Source: Azolla caroliniana (Eukaryota; Plantae; Polypodiophyta). From it: a DNA stretch of 64,000 nucleotides. The translations under genes were made by a program, and so were the position numbers. Position 1 is the first letter of the stretch; each line of letters starts with the position of its first letter. Below are positions 49,513 to 63,812 of the stretch, piece after piece. The notes under the pieces are model-generated. The model was not told the DNA's origin. It did no database searches and saw only the letters and a list, made by a program, of their open reading frames with translations. The stretch spans positions 8,990,001 to 9,054,000 of the forward strand of contig JBHGNT010000015.1 in NCBI GenBank assembly GCA_043228905.1. The letters are read 5' to 3'.

Positions 49513-49831
49513 CGTGGCGGGCGTTGTTGGGGTCGTGAGTTGGGGTGGCTTTGCCCGTCTTCTCCACCAAGATGTGAAATGCTCAAGATGTGAAATGCTC
49601 TCAAGAATATCCCCCTTTTCATTATGTCTCAAGTTACATTTTATAGACTCTCTCTTAGCGTGGAGGGTGTTCTCCCGCTCCAATTAGCTCTACTAATTAT
49701 GGGGCTTGGTGGGGGCCTAGTTTGGGTGTGGTGCATGAGGCTTGGTAGGGGCCTAATTTGGGTGTGGTCTATGTGTGGTGCATGGGGCTTGGTAGGGGCC
49801 TAATCTAGGTGTGGTCCATGTGACCACCACA

Positions 49832-52800
49832 ATATATATAGAAGGGTATTAATAAAGATTTGAAAATATATTCACATAATGATATTATCAATTATGTTGG
49901 AAAAAAAAATTGCATAAGCCCATGAAATATTAGATATTTTAATGAGATAGTAAAGAATATATTATACAAACAATATTCAAATTTGGAGTAGCATATATCT
50001 ATATATATATATATATATATACATACATGCATATATACCTACATTCAAACATTACATACATGAATATGTATATACATACATTACACCCATTTATACATGC
50101 ATACTGACTAAACATAAATATATGTACAAATATATATTACCATATGTAAATATGTACATACACATACATGCATGCATTACATACTACATACATATTAGAA
50201 TTGGCCATATATATTGACATACATATATACATAATACATACATAAAAATTACATATTACATATATATATATACACATTCTTACAAACATATTTTATATAT
50301 TACATATTACACACATATATTATTATACACAGTTCACACAATTTATACAAATGCAAATATACAAACCAAACACAAAAAAATAAATTACATATTATATATA
50401 TACACATACATACACATATACATACAATACAATACAATATGTACATACATACACACACAAACATAACACACATCACACATGCATACCACATACATGCATA
50501 TATACCTACATTCAAACATTGCATCCATGAATATGTATATGCATACATTACACCCATTCATACATGCATTTTGACTAAACATAAATATATGTACAAATAT
50601 ATATTACCATATGTAAATATGTACATACACATACATGGATGCATTACATAGTGCATACATATTAGAATCAACCATATATATTGACATACATGACACATAT
50701 ATACATAATACATACACAAATTCATATTGTGGTGTGACATGCACACCACAATATATACATACAAAACACAAAAAAATAAATTACATATTATATATATACA
50801 CATACACATGTGACATACATATTAATACCAAAGATTACATATTATATGCATACAAATCTTCATACTTACAAACAAGTTACATATATTACATATACATACA
50901 CATGCACACACACATAAATAAATTAGATATTACATAGCATATAATCCATACCTATTACACAATATACAAATTTACACATACATGAATTACATATATACAT
51001 ATATAGATACATACATACATATATATATCACCATATATATAGATTATATTGAACCATAAAAACCACAATACTTGCATATATACATATATACATACACACA
51101 CACATTTGGTATATGTATACTTACACATACATTGGATATATATATATGCATATTACATACATTATACAAACATACATCCATATACAAGCCATATGCATAC
51201 TAAAAATGAAAATATCCTAAAAATATACATACATAAGTACATTACATGTATACGCATACATACATTCATACATTACATACATATGACCACATACACACAC
51301 ACACACACATACACACACACACATACATACACATACATACATTGGATATATACATACATATTATGCACATATTACAAACACATTCATACTCATTGAATCA
51401 TGTATATTCACATATACATATATATGCATACACATACATACATACATACATACATATTCCACATATCACCATATATATACATACATATGCCTACAATGTT
51501 ATAAGTTTTACAAACATACATCCATACACATATATACATACATTAAATACATGCATACACATAAATACGTTACATACACATACATATATACATACATTAC
51601 ATACATGCATACACATAAATACGTTACATACACATACATATATACATACATATCATCACAAACTACAATACATACATATATACATAAATATTACGAACAA
51701 ACATCCACACACTCATGTATGCATATATGCATACACTATTACACATACAAACATACATACATTGCATATGCATATATTACAATCACACATTCATATACAT
51801 TGAATCATGTACATTATTGACATATGGATATATTCATACACATACATACATACACACACACATACATATATACACAACATACATTACATATGGATATATG
51901 CATACACATACATACATTACATATGCAACAACATGTTTACATTTGTACATGGACATAGCTATATTCATTTATATATTGCTACATATACATACATTAGATA
52001 TATACATAAATATTATGCACATATTACAATCACAAATCCATACGCATTGAATCATGTACATTGTCATATGGATATATGCATACACATATGTACATTCGTA
52101 CATGGACATACATATATTCATTTATACATTGCTACATATACATACACATATATACATAGATATTATGCACGTATTACATTCACACATCCATATACATTGA
52201 ATCATGTACATTTACATATGCATATATGCATACACATACATACATACATTACATACATGACATATGCATATATGCATACACATATGTACATTCGTACATG
52301 GATGTATGTGCAAGTAATGTATGCATGTATGTATGAATGAATATATATATATGTAATGTATGCATAAAATATGTATGCTTGCATGAATAAACATGAATGA
52401 ATGAATATATGAATGAATGGGTAAGGGGTAGGGCTGAAAATAAGAGAAAGTAAGGGGGGTTAGAGTTAGAATTCGGAGAAAGTAGGGGAGGGGTAGGGAA
52501 TAGAATATAAAGATTTTTACAAGGGGTGAGTACATAAGCCAGTGACAAATATAACACCGTGTTATGCGATAGAGTGTAGGGTTGGAGATACAACATGAAT
52601 AAAAATGAAATACAAAATCCCTACTACCATGCGTAGTCCCGGGCATATGAACGACAAGAGAGATAAAGAGATATAAAATGGAATACATCGCTACTAAACG
52701 AAGTCTCATGCTTACGAACAATATATATTATACATACATACACATACATATTACTAACAAACATGCACACACGCATATATGCATACACATAGAAATATAC

Positions 52801-53382
52801 ATACATTACATATTACATATACCCATACATACATACATATATTCATTCATTCATGCAAGCATACATATTTTATGCAATGTACATTACATATATATAAATT
52901 CATTCATTCTTACATGTATACATTACGTTCACATACATACATAACATACATACATACATTCATACTAAACATAAGTTTCAAACATTCATGTTTTTTTAAA
53001 TTTAGATTTTTGTCGCTTCCTCCTTTGCTCTACCTCCTCTTCTCTCCTCATTGCCGCCGTCACCACTTCTCCCCTTGTTGCTTCTGTCCTCGTTTTGTCG
53101 CCTTTGGTCTCGTTTTGCTGCCTCTATTCTCGTTTTACTGCCGCCGCCGCTCGCCTTGTCATGCCGCTTTTGCTCACCATTATTCTTGGTCGGGGCTGCC
53201 ACAACTACTACTCTACAAATATTTTATAGATACACATAAATACAAACATCATACATACATAAACACACACTCACATAACATATACAATCATACACACATG
53301 CCATACATACAATATATACAATAAATGCAATTAATACAATATAATACAATATGTATATACATACACACATCCATACATACAC
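49832..53382. repeat. Compound (CATA/TACA/TA/CA)n low-complexity block with higher-order repeats; resumes at 63813
   Basis: Strong A/C strand bias. Direct repeat about 50020-50240 / 50490-50715, recurring ~150-bp units, and an inverted segment near 52310-52420. Confidence 0.9.
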
Positions 53383-54522
53383 AGAGTCGAACTCAACTTC
53401 CCATAAATAGGTTTCACACTAGCTCATGGACATGTTGGGCTAGTTTTGTAAATAATAGAAAGGGCATTTGCCCTAGCTTAGTTGGTATATAAACCAATGC
53501 ATTGTAACTTAGTTATTGTTGGATGTTTTATGTTTGATGTATTTTTGGTTAATATATAGTTTGTTTCCATCTCTGCCTTAAGAGCTCTCTCTCCCTCTGT
53601 TGCCTCACACACACACACATTCTCAATCTTCTTCCATTGCATTGCAATCACTCTTGCCTCCCATTCTGTTACATGGTATCAGAGCGTGTGGTTGCCTAAT
53701 TAAGCCTATTCGACTGTGTTGTGCTACACGCCGACGATCAACAGAACCGACCCATCAACAGAGAAGAAATTACCATGAATACTCAAATGGGAAGCGCTCT
53801 TCCTACCGAGAAGCTCAACAAAACGAACTTTGCATCTTGGGAATACAAGATACATCAATACCTTGCGAACAAGGCTACTAGAGCTACATCGAAGGAGCTC
53901 ACAAATCACAACCCAACCCAACAAATGCCGACTATCCCGCTTGGGAGCAGGCCGCAAGCCATGTGTTGTATTGCCTTGCATCATGCGTTCATGATCATAT
54001 GCTTGGCTACATTCGAGAGGCAAAAATGCCTAAGTAGGCGTGGGAAAATCTCAAGAAGATTTTCGCAGCCAATACGACCACACAAAAGCTCCAATTTTGA
54101 CAGCAGCTGAATAATCTTCAACAAAGGGACATGACAATCGACAACTACACCTTAAAGATCAAGGAGTTGTGTGATGCCGATGGATCGATCAATGTTAACA
54201 TTGACGACGAAGAAATGGTGCAAATATGCCTCGGTGGCTAGGCACCGCAATTTGGCGCAATAAGATCGGTCGTTCTCATGAGAGAGAATCCTCCCTCCTT
54301 TTTTGATCTCCAATCATTGTTGCTGGTCGAAGAGAATCACGTGCGTCAAAGGAACAACGTGCATGACGGACAAATGCTATATTCGAATTTCGATGGAGGA
54401 AGAGAGACAAAGCCATGGAAGGAGAGGTTGATCCGGCCAAGGCCGACACAACCAAGAGTGTAACTCCCACAAATGGCAAGCGGACAGAAACGGCCCCAGA
54501 GAGTTCAGCGGAAGGGGGAGTC

Positions 54523-57500
54523 TGTTGGAGACAAAGTCGTCTATGCGGAAGATCGAGAAGCATTCGATTGCTGTTGAATACCTGCGTATGACAGTTTGTA
54601 GGTCGTTGCACAGAGAGAGAGAGAGAGAGAGAGACAGAGAGGCACAAAAGACTCTTTATTCCACAAAGCAATAATACAACATTCCACAAAAAACCTTTAC
54701 AAAAAGGTTACAAGGTCACTATATATAGTGACCGACTTAGGGCAACTACCCTTTATGCTAATTACATAAATGGCCAAAACGGGATAGTGTGAATACGTCC
54801 ATTATACACATGTATTCGACACTCCCCCGTAATGGGCGTATACATGGGTTATCTAAGATTACAGGTATAGACTTAGGTTCTCGGACATATCAGCTTTGTT
54901 CGAGTCGGCAGGGTCCGAAGGCAGAAGACCGAACTGGTCGGGTCGGAACAGTTGAAGCCGATCATTAAGGAACTGATGTCGGTTGTCGGAAACCATCCTG
55001 CTCTGTGTCCGGCTCTAACCGGACTGGTTTGTCGTTACGCCCATCTGATGCCGAAGAGACCGAAAACGGTCTGCCGAAAGACACTTGGTCATTCCATCTG
55101 CGACATTGTCGGTTGTGGATATTTTCTCTAGACCGATTTTCCCTGAAATGACGCAGTCCCGAACGAAGTGATATCGAACGTCGATATGTTTGGAGGCGTT
55201 GTGGTGAACCGGATTTTTCGACAAGGCAACAGCACCTTGACTGTCGCTGTAGACAACTGGAGCCGAGTCATGGTCGACTTGTCGAAACGTGTGCGCCAGC
55301 CGACCGAGCCACAAAGCTTCTTTTGCTGCGTCGGACGCAGCTACATATTCTGCTTCGGTCGTTGAGGTCGCTGTGCACTCCTGAAGTTTCGACTTCCACG
55401 AGATTGCTCCATTGCCGAATTTGAAGCAGTATCCGGTTGTTGATTTCCGACTGTCTATACAGCCGGCGAAGTCCGAGTCGGTGTAACCGACTACGCCTGA
55501 GGTTCGGTTCGGACCGAAAAGAATGCCGTGGTCTTTTGTGCCAGCCAGATATCTGAACACATGCTTGACTGCGTTCCAATGCGATCGGCCAGGATTGTGC
55601 ATAAATCTGCTAACGACTCCTACGGCGTGAGAAATATCAGGCCGTGTCGCGACCATCAGGTACATAAGGGAGCCGACGGCCGGTGCATACGGTACCGACT
55701 TCATATCTTCCCCCTCCGGACCGGATGTCGGGCAGTCTCGCTGAGAGAGCCGAAGATTCATGGGGAGCGGCGGGGTTGAAGCAGATTTGGCTGATTGCAT
55801 GTTGAAGCGTTCTAAGACACGTCCGATATAGTCGGTCTGAGACAAAAAAAGATGTCGTTTATCGCGATGCCGACTAATCTTCATGCCAAGGATGTGTCGT
55901 GCCGGACCGAGGTCCTTCATGGCAAACTTCAACCGCAGTTGCCGAATGAGATCGGCAAGTTCGCCCGCGTGGCGTCCAGAAATTAGCATGTCGTCCACGT
56001 AAATGATGAGGAAGATGGGTGATCCATCTTGAGCTGTGTTGGTAAAGAGACAATGGTCCTCATCGCTTTTTGAGAAGCCGATCGATTGGATGAAGTCGTC
56101 GAACTTCTTGTACCATTGTCGCGGTGCCTGTTTGAGGCCGAATAGACTCTTCCTGAGTCGGCAGACTAGATGTTCTTGGCCGGTTGCCACGAAGCCTTTT
56201 GGCTGCTCCATATAAATTTCCTCCTCGAGATCACCATGGAGGAAGGCTGTTTTGACATCTAGCTGAATCAGCTCCAAGTTGTCGGCTGCCACTACGCCGA
56301 GTAGAAAACGAAGGGTTGTCATTTTCACCACTGGTGAAAAAATCTCGTCGAAGTCGACGCCATATTCTTGTCGGAAGCCCTTCGCAACTAATCTGGCCTT
56401 GTACTTTGGGGTGGTCGAATCAGACGTCTCTTTTAGTCGATAAACCCACTTGCAAGGAAGAGCACGTCGATTCTTAGGTAATTCGACCAGATCCCAGGTC
56501 TTGTTTGCCCGAATGGAGTGCATTTCCGACTCCATCGCCAGATGCCAGGTGGCTGAATCGACAGAAGTCGATACTTCTTCGTAAGACGTCGGTTCGCCGG
56601 TGTCGGTGAAGAAAATTCCAGGAGAGTACCTCTCCGGAGGTTGCGACAGTCTCTCGGATCGTCGAGGTATGATTGGACTGGTCGCATCGGGTATCGTGGT
56701 CGGATGGTCCGAAAGCGGATTGTTCTGCTGTGCCGAGTCGGGGTTGTCCGAGTCGGTAGTGTAAGGTTCAGCTACCCGTGAAGCTGACCGTGTGTTGAGA
56801 GCAGGGCCTTCTTGAAGGGTCGGCACATCGGAAAATGTTACCCTTCGGACTTCGATCGGTTTTTCGACTGATGGATTCATAGCCGACTCGTTGAACACAA
56901 CGTCCGAACTTCGAACGATTTGTCTGCGTTCGGGGTCCCAGAGTCGGTATCCCATTTCGCCGTCGGATCCATATCCAAGGAAAATGCATTTCCTGGACCG
57001 AGGTGCAAGTTTTCGGCGATCATCTTTCGGAATAAGGGCGTACGCCTCGCATCCGAAGATCCTCAGCTTGTCGTAATTCGGCTTACTGCCGATCCATAGT
57101 TCCTGAGGAATTTGAAGTCCTAGAGGTCTACTTGGCGACATATTGATTATGTGTACTGCCGTGAGTAGAGCCTCTGCCCAGAAGCCATCCGACAGTCCGG
57201 AGTGTTGGAGCATGGAGACTGTCCGTTCTTGGATTGTGCGATTCATGCGTTCGGCAATCCCGTTTTGCTCCGGGCTGTGTGGTGCCGTAAATTCACGTCG
57301 GATGCCGCGTTGTCGGCAGAATTTGACGAATTCTTCTGATTTGAACTCTCCCCCGTTGTCGGTTCGAAAGCATTTCAGCTTTCGGTCGGTTTGATTTTCT
57401 ACCATAGCGAGCCAATCGGTGAAGATCGAGAAGACACGATCTTTAGTGCGAATTGGATAAGCCCACACCTTTCGAGTCGAATCGTCAATAAAACTGACGA

Positions 57501-59902
57501 AGTAAGAGGCACCACCAAGAGACTGATGCGGCATTGGGCCACAGACGTCCGAGTGGACTAAATCGAGGGGTCTCGTTTCTCTTGGTGCTGATGTCGGGTG
57601 TGATGCGGCTGCTTGTTTGCCATACTGGCAATGCTCGCAGAATTGATGGTCCGAGAAGGAGAGTTTGGGGATGTATCCGGCTCTAGATAGGTGCGTGATG
57701 CCGGCCTTGCTGAGGTGTCCTAATCTTCAGTGCCATAGTGATGACACAGGAATATCCACCAAAAACAGGTTACCCTCTCTGAGCGTAACATGTAACGGAT
57801 ACAATGAGTGTATCTTGGGTCCTCTAGCAAGCAGGAGGTTCCCCCTGTGGAGTGTCCACCCTCCCGAAGAAAAACCGGCACGAATGCCGTCTTCATCTAG
57901 TTGTCCGACTGAGATCAATGGCCTTGAGAGCTCGGGTACATGTCGGACATTGTGGAGTACAAGTGTAGAGCCACCTGCAAGGTTGAGCTCTACTGTGCCG
58001 ATTCCGATGATGTCACAGTGTTGTGAGTTGCCGACTCGAACTGAGTCGGAGTGACGGATCGTATATTGCCGAAATTGGGATCGATGAGGAGTCACGTGAA
58101 ATGACTCGCCCGAATCTAAGAGCCATGTGCTCGATTCTTCAGTCGTGAGTAGAACTTCTGATCCGACTGGATTTTCGATTGATAGTATATTCGGGTTGTC
58201 CGGTAGTACATCAGCTGAGAAGCTGACGTAATTGATCTCCTCATGCCGGCCACTCTTCTTGTTGTTCTTGTTCTTGAGTGCGCGGCAGTCGGCTTTGATG
58301 TGTCCGGGTTTCTTGCAATAGTTGCAGATTCGGTTATCCCGTGACTGGCTCCGTCTTCGCCGATTGTTCGGCGGCCGTGAGGAATCTCTTCCTCGTATGT
58401 TCGATCGGTCTGTCGAACCTTGTACTACATAAGCGTCGTCTGTTGAGTCTTTGGCGAAAGACTTTCTCCGAGCTGCTTCGGTCAGGATTGCGCTCGTGAC
58501 TTCGGAGTATTTAACAGCCGTGGTTGACGCGTTGCACACGGTTGTGACGAAAGTTTCCCATGATGAGGGAAGGCTGCTCATGAGTATCATTGCTCTGAGT
58601 TCATCCTCGATCGCCGTCCCCTATGACGAGATTTGGGAGCTTATGCTTTCGTACTCATTGAGGTGTGCTTGAACCGAATCGGATTCTTTCATCCGCAAGT
58701 TGTAGAGGCGCCGGATCAAAAACATCTTCGTTGCGGCGACCTTCTTTTCGTAAGTGTCCGACAGTGTTTTCCACAGTTTGAATGCTGTCGTACACGATTG
58801 CACCGTAAAGTATACCGATTCCGATAGGTGCATCCGAATCGTGGCGCGGACAATTCTGTCCAGCTTCTGCCACTCAATTGGTTTGTATCCTTCTGGAAGT
58901 TCTTCATTTTCGATGGGATCGATTTGCCCCTTGACTATGAGATAGTCCTGCATTTGTTCCTTCCAGAAGTTGAAGTTCGATCCATCGAACTTTCGTAGAC
59001 TCATTTCTGACGAGCCGGATGTTGATGCCATCAAATTTGGTTTCGGTTGACGAAGCTCGGTTCGGAGTTGACTACGAGCCTTGTTGGAGTGCAGCCGGTT
59101 GGCTCACCCGATATCGCTCTAGTCGGATTTGAACCCGAGTCGGTTCGGCTTCGGAACTTGCTCGAATTGACTCCGGTAGCTTGAGGGACAGAACCGACTG
59201 GTCTTCCCGAATGTTGCCGAGTCGGAGTGAGCCCGGTTCGCTTCGGATATATGCCGAATACCGATTATTGAAACCGATTATCTGGACCGATTCTGCTTCG
59301 GGTGACTGCAGCAACGAGAGAGACGGATCCAACTGATCCTCCCGAATGTCGATCAGCCAGATGAAGCACGAATTTGGGTTGTTGTCAATGTTGCACAAGG
59401 GGATTTCACCTCGAGCGGTTACGATCACAAGGAACGGAGTACAACCTGCTGGCTTACTCCAAGCAAAGATGATCTAACGCGATGAGATGCAGGCCTCGTT
59501 TTTCTTCTTCTTCTCTCTTTTTCGAATGACGCAGGAAACCGAATGCTGAGACGACGGCCGACAGCGGATTGAAGGACCGACTACTGTGCAGGCTCTGATA
59601 CCAGATGTTGGAGACAAAGTCGTCTATGCGGAAGATCGAGAAGCATTCGATTGCTGTTGAATACCTGCGTATGACAGTTTGTAGGTCGTTGCACAGAGAG
59701 AGAGAGAGAGAGAGACAGAGAGGCACAAAAGACTCTTTATTCCACAAAGCAATAATACAACATTCCACAAAAAACCTTTACAAAAAGGTTACAAGGTCAC
59801 TATATATAGTGACCGACTTAGGGCAACTACCCTTTATGCTAATTACATAAATGGCCAAAACGGGATAGTGTGAATACGTCCATTATACACATGTATTCGA
59901 CA
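54523..59902 (-). mobile_element. Complete young Tork/Tnt1-like Copia Q
   Basis: LTRs 54523-54821 and 59606-59902, identical apart from one GA unit. Perfect TSD GAGTC. PBS TGGTATCAGAGCC 59591-59603. PPT next to 54821. Confidence 0.97.
55015..59034 (-). pseudogene. Copia Q gag-pol in a single frame with two in-frame stops
   Basis: ORFs 58621-59034, 57727-58590 and 55015-57534 share one frame. CNYCKKPGHIKADC, WLLDSG, RTDNGGEF, YVDDM, KHIDVRYHF. Confidence 0.95.
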
Positions 59903-62900
59903 GAGTCATCACGTTGGACCAAGCAACCGTAGGAACCCAGTTGAGTGCGGGTACTATGGAAAACCCGTCCACTACGAAGAGGAGTGTCGGAAGAAGAAGC
60001 GTGAGCAAGGCCAACAACTGACAAATTACGCCATGAACTCCGACTACGGTGGAATGTTCATAATGAAGCACGAAGCGCACTCAATGTCCGCACTTGCATC
60101 AACTACCGATTCCACTCCAAACAACGTATGGTTTGTCAATTCAGTAGCATCCAATTACATGATGTCCCATGAAGATTGTTTTCGGGAACTACGGAAGCCC
60201 GAACGTCCTGGATATGTTGAAACAAGAGATGACACGACTTACCCAATATAGCATGTCGGGAACGTCCCATTTGGAAACGACGGCAAATAGACCTACCTGA
60301 AGAATGTGCTGCATGTCCCCACTATTACGAAAAACCTGGTCTCGGTTGGCCAGATTGTCGAACAAGGAATGCAAGTATGCTTCGATAACGATGGGTGCTT
60401 CATCAAAAAAGGCGATCAAGTCATAGCTCACGGCCGTCGTGAAGGCTGTATGTTCATCCTCGAATCGAGCGAGGTAAAGTTGGCCATGTTTGCAAAGGGC
60501 CAGAAAATCGAAACCAACTTGAAATTGTGGCACAAGAGAATCGGCCTCATCAATCTCCAAAAGCTCCAGAACATGCAATCAAAAGGAGTCGTAATTGAAC
60601 TCCCAAACTTTACGGCAAAGGAGATTATAGGCGTATGCGAAGCATGTCAGTTCGGAAAGCAACGTTGTCACCCATTCCCTAAAGAGTGGAATGTGAGCAA
60701 AGGAATTCTGGATGTCATACATTCAGATATGTGGGGACCATCCCAAACAACAACATTCGGCGGATGCCGATACTATGTCACGTTCATCGACGACTTCTCC
60801 AGGAACACCTGGATCTATCTGATGAAGTAGAAGAGTGAAGTGTTCAGGCACTTCGAGACATTCAAAACTGAAGTCGAAAAAACTACGGGACGGCATGTAC
60901 GCTGTCTTCGATCAGATGGAGGCAAAGAATATTTTTCAGATAAACTTACGGCGTATCTCTGAAAAGAAGGAATCAGAAGAGAGTTCTTGTGTCGACACAC
61001 GCCTCAGCAAAAGGCGTAGCAGAGCGTAAAAATCGCCATGTGTAGAAGTCTCACGAGCCATGATGAACGAGAAGAACCTGCCAAAATCATATTGGGCAGA
61101 AGCGGCAAATACGGCCGTATATCTCATGAACAAGTGCACAACCTCGGGAGTACACGATATAACTCCGCATGAGAAATCCTTCGGGAGTTGTCACATGTCC
61201 GCATTTTCGGTTCTATTGCCTACGTACATATTCCCGACGATACGCGGCAAAAGCTTGACCCAAAGTCGGAGAAATGTATCCTCGTAGGATACTCACTCGA
61301 ACAGAAGGGGTACAAATGCTACAACCCATCTACCTGTAAGGTTCGAACAATTTAAGACGTAGTCTTCGACGAATACGCATCATGGTACACTCCAGAGAAT
61401 ACTTCGACTACAACCCTGCTCGACGCGAATGACACTGAAATAGAAATAGAAGCTGAGGATCGGCTCACACAGATGTTAGAAGACAGCCCAATTATGACAC
61501 GACTGAGTGGGCCATCCAAGCCGCCGAGCGTTGAAAGCACATCTCGGCCAAGTCCGAAGCTGGACAAAGGGAAGGCGAAAATGTGGGAATATGAAGCTTA
61601 GGAAGAGACCGAGATGCTTCACTCTCTTGACAGTGAATTTGAAGATCTCGACATCCACATAGATGGAGCATAGAAAGCCATACTCCCCACGGATCGAGAG
61701 CTACGCCGATCCACACGTGAAAAGAACCCCCCCCGTAAACCACTATGGCTACGACGAGTACATGGCGTATCACTACGCCTTTCTGATGAAAGTAGCATCA
61801 GTACAGGAATCGGAAATGCTTTCCGAAGCCACAAAGGATCAGCGATGGGTTGACGGGATGAATGAGGAGATGGAAGCTTTCTGCAAAAACGAGACATGGG
61901 ATCTCGTTCCTCTCCCCCCGAACAAGAAAGCGATTGGCTGCAGATGGATATACAAAGTAAAATACAATGCCGACGGATCTGTAAATCACTTCAAAGCATG
62001 GCTCGTTGCGAAAGGCTACATGCAATCGCATGGCATAGACTACGAAGAAACCTTTGCCCCGGTGGCAAAGATGACAACTGTATAGATAGTAATTGCACTT
62101 GCCGCAGCGAAGGGATGGCACTTCCACTAGATGGACGTGAAAAATGCTTTCCTCCAAGGAGAGTTAGAAGAAGAGGTGTACATGATACAACCACCCGGAT
62201 TCGAATCTCGTAAACATCCGCACACCGTATGCCGACTCAAGAAGCCACTCTACAGCCTCAAACAAGCACTACGTGCTTGGCATTCGAAGATCACACAATA
62301 TCTTCCTCAAGTCGGATTTTGGATGTCAAAATCCGATACTTCTCTGTACATCCGAAATGAGTCGGATAGCCCGATCATCATGATCCTATACATGGATGAC
62401 TTGGTCATCGGAGGAAAGGATCTCACAGAGATCAACAAAGTCAAAACACTTCTCTCCGATAGATTCGAAATGAAAGACCTGCACGAACTCCATTACTTCC
62501 TAGGCATTGAAGTAATTTGGACACCAGTCGGGATAATGATCTCACAACGACACTACATCGTCAACTTACTCTACAAGTTCGGAATGACCGAGTGCAAGCC
62601 TGTGTCTACCCCTCTTGATCGTAACCTAAAGATTGATGCCAATTCCGGAACCGCTGAGAGCGAGCCGACTCAGTATCGACAATTGATTGGTAGTTTGATC
62701 TATCTAACCATTACGTGACCCGAGCTCAGTTATTCGGTCGGCCTACTTAACCAATTCATGCAGAATCCGCGAAACCTTCATCTTGATTGTGCTAAGAGGA
62801 TACTACGGTATGTTAGTACGACAATGGCTTACAACATCATGTGTAAGTCAAACACGACTATTCGACTCGAAGGGTACACCGACGTGGACTGGGCAAGCTA

Positions 62901-63681
62901 TAAAGCGGATAGATGATCCACCTCCAGATTTGTCTTCTCCCTCGGCCGCGGAGCAATCTCTTGGAGCAGCAAGAAATAGCCAACAGTCGCACTGTCGAGC
63001 ACAAAAGCTGAATATAGGGGCGCAACAGTCTACGCATGCGAAGTCGTATGGCTTAAACGCATACTAAAGGATTTGGGCGTTCCCATCAAGGATCCCATTT
63101 GTCTCTACTACGACAACATGAGCAGTATCTACCTAGCGCGCAATCCCGTACTTCACACGTGAACTAAACATATCGAAGTGCATTACCACTTCATCCGCGA
63201 GCGCGTATAGGCCGGCGAGATCGATCTACAACATACCAGTACGCACCTCCAAGTTGTTGATATATTTATGAAGGCCTTAGGAGTCGACAAGCTCGGGCAA
63301 TTTGCATCGGACCTTGGTCTCACGACATCTACATTGCTGAACTTGAGGGGGAGTACAAGTACAGGCAACATGGAAGCAATACTCAATTGATCAAGTACGC
63401 AACACAACCGACTAGACAAGTCGAAGTACGAACCAAACAACCTTCTGGACAGATAGAAGTTGTGTTCGAATGGGCGTGTTGAGAGTCGAACTCAACTTCC
63501 CATAAATAGGTTTCACACTAGCTCATGGACATGTTGGGCTAGTTTTGTAAATAATAGAAAGGGCACTTGCCCTAGCTTAGTTGGTATATAAACCAACGCA
63601 TTGTAACTTAGTTACTGTTGGATGTTTTATGTTTGATGTATTTTTGGTTAATATATAGTTTGTTTCCATCTCTGCCTTAAG

Positions 63682-63736
<55 letters not shown>

Positions 63737-63812
63737 TGTTGCCTCAGACACACACACATTCTCAATCTTCTTCCGCTGCATTGCAATCACTCTTGCCTCC
63801 CATTCCGTTACA

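Larger units (their letters stand above)
45033..49831 (-). mobile_element. Complete short-LTR Ty3/Gypsy element O
   Basis: 243-bp LTRs at 45033-45275 and 49589-49831 with 3 differences. Inserted in (AT)n, TSD ATAT. PBS TGGTGGAGAAGACGGGC at 49553-49569 (tRNA-Ala-like). PPT AAGGGGGAAT next to 45275. Confidence 0.95.
53383..63812 (+). mobile_element. Copia P (short-tail subfamily) with both LTRs, decayed, hosting Copia Q
   Basis: LTRs 53383-53673 (first ~5 nt lost) and 63477-63812. PBS TGGTATCAGAGC 53674-53685. Gag MNTQMGSALPTEKL at 53775, pol remnants 59903-63390. Confidence 0.92.

Noticed and set aside
50300-53324. His/Thr/Tyr/Ile-rich and Cys/Met/Val-rich ORFs
   Set aside because: They are translations of (CATA/CA/TA)n repeats that happen to lack stops.
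53378-53382. TSD for Copia P
   Set aside because: The first bases of the 5' LTR are deleted and the left flank does not match ACAAT after 63812, so no TSD can be called.
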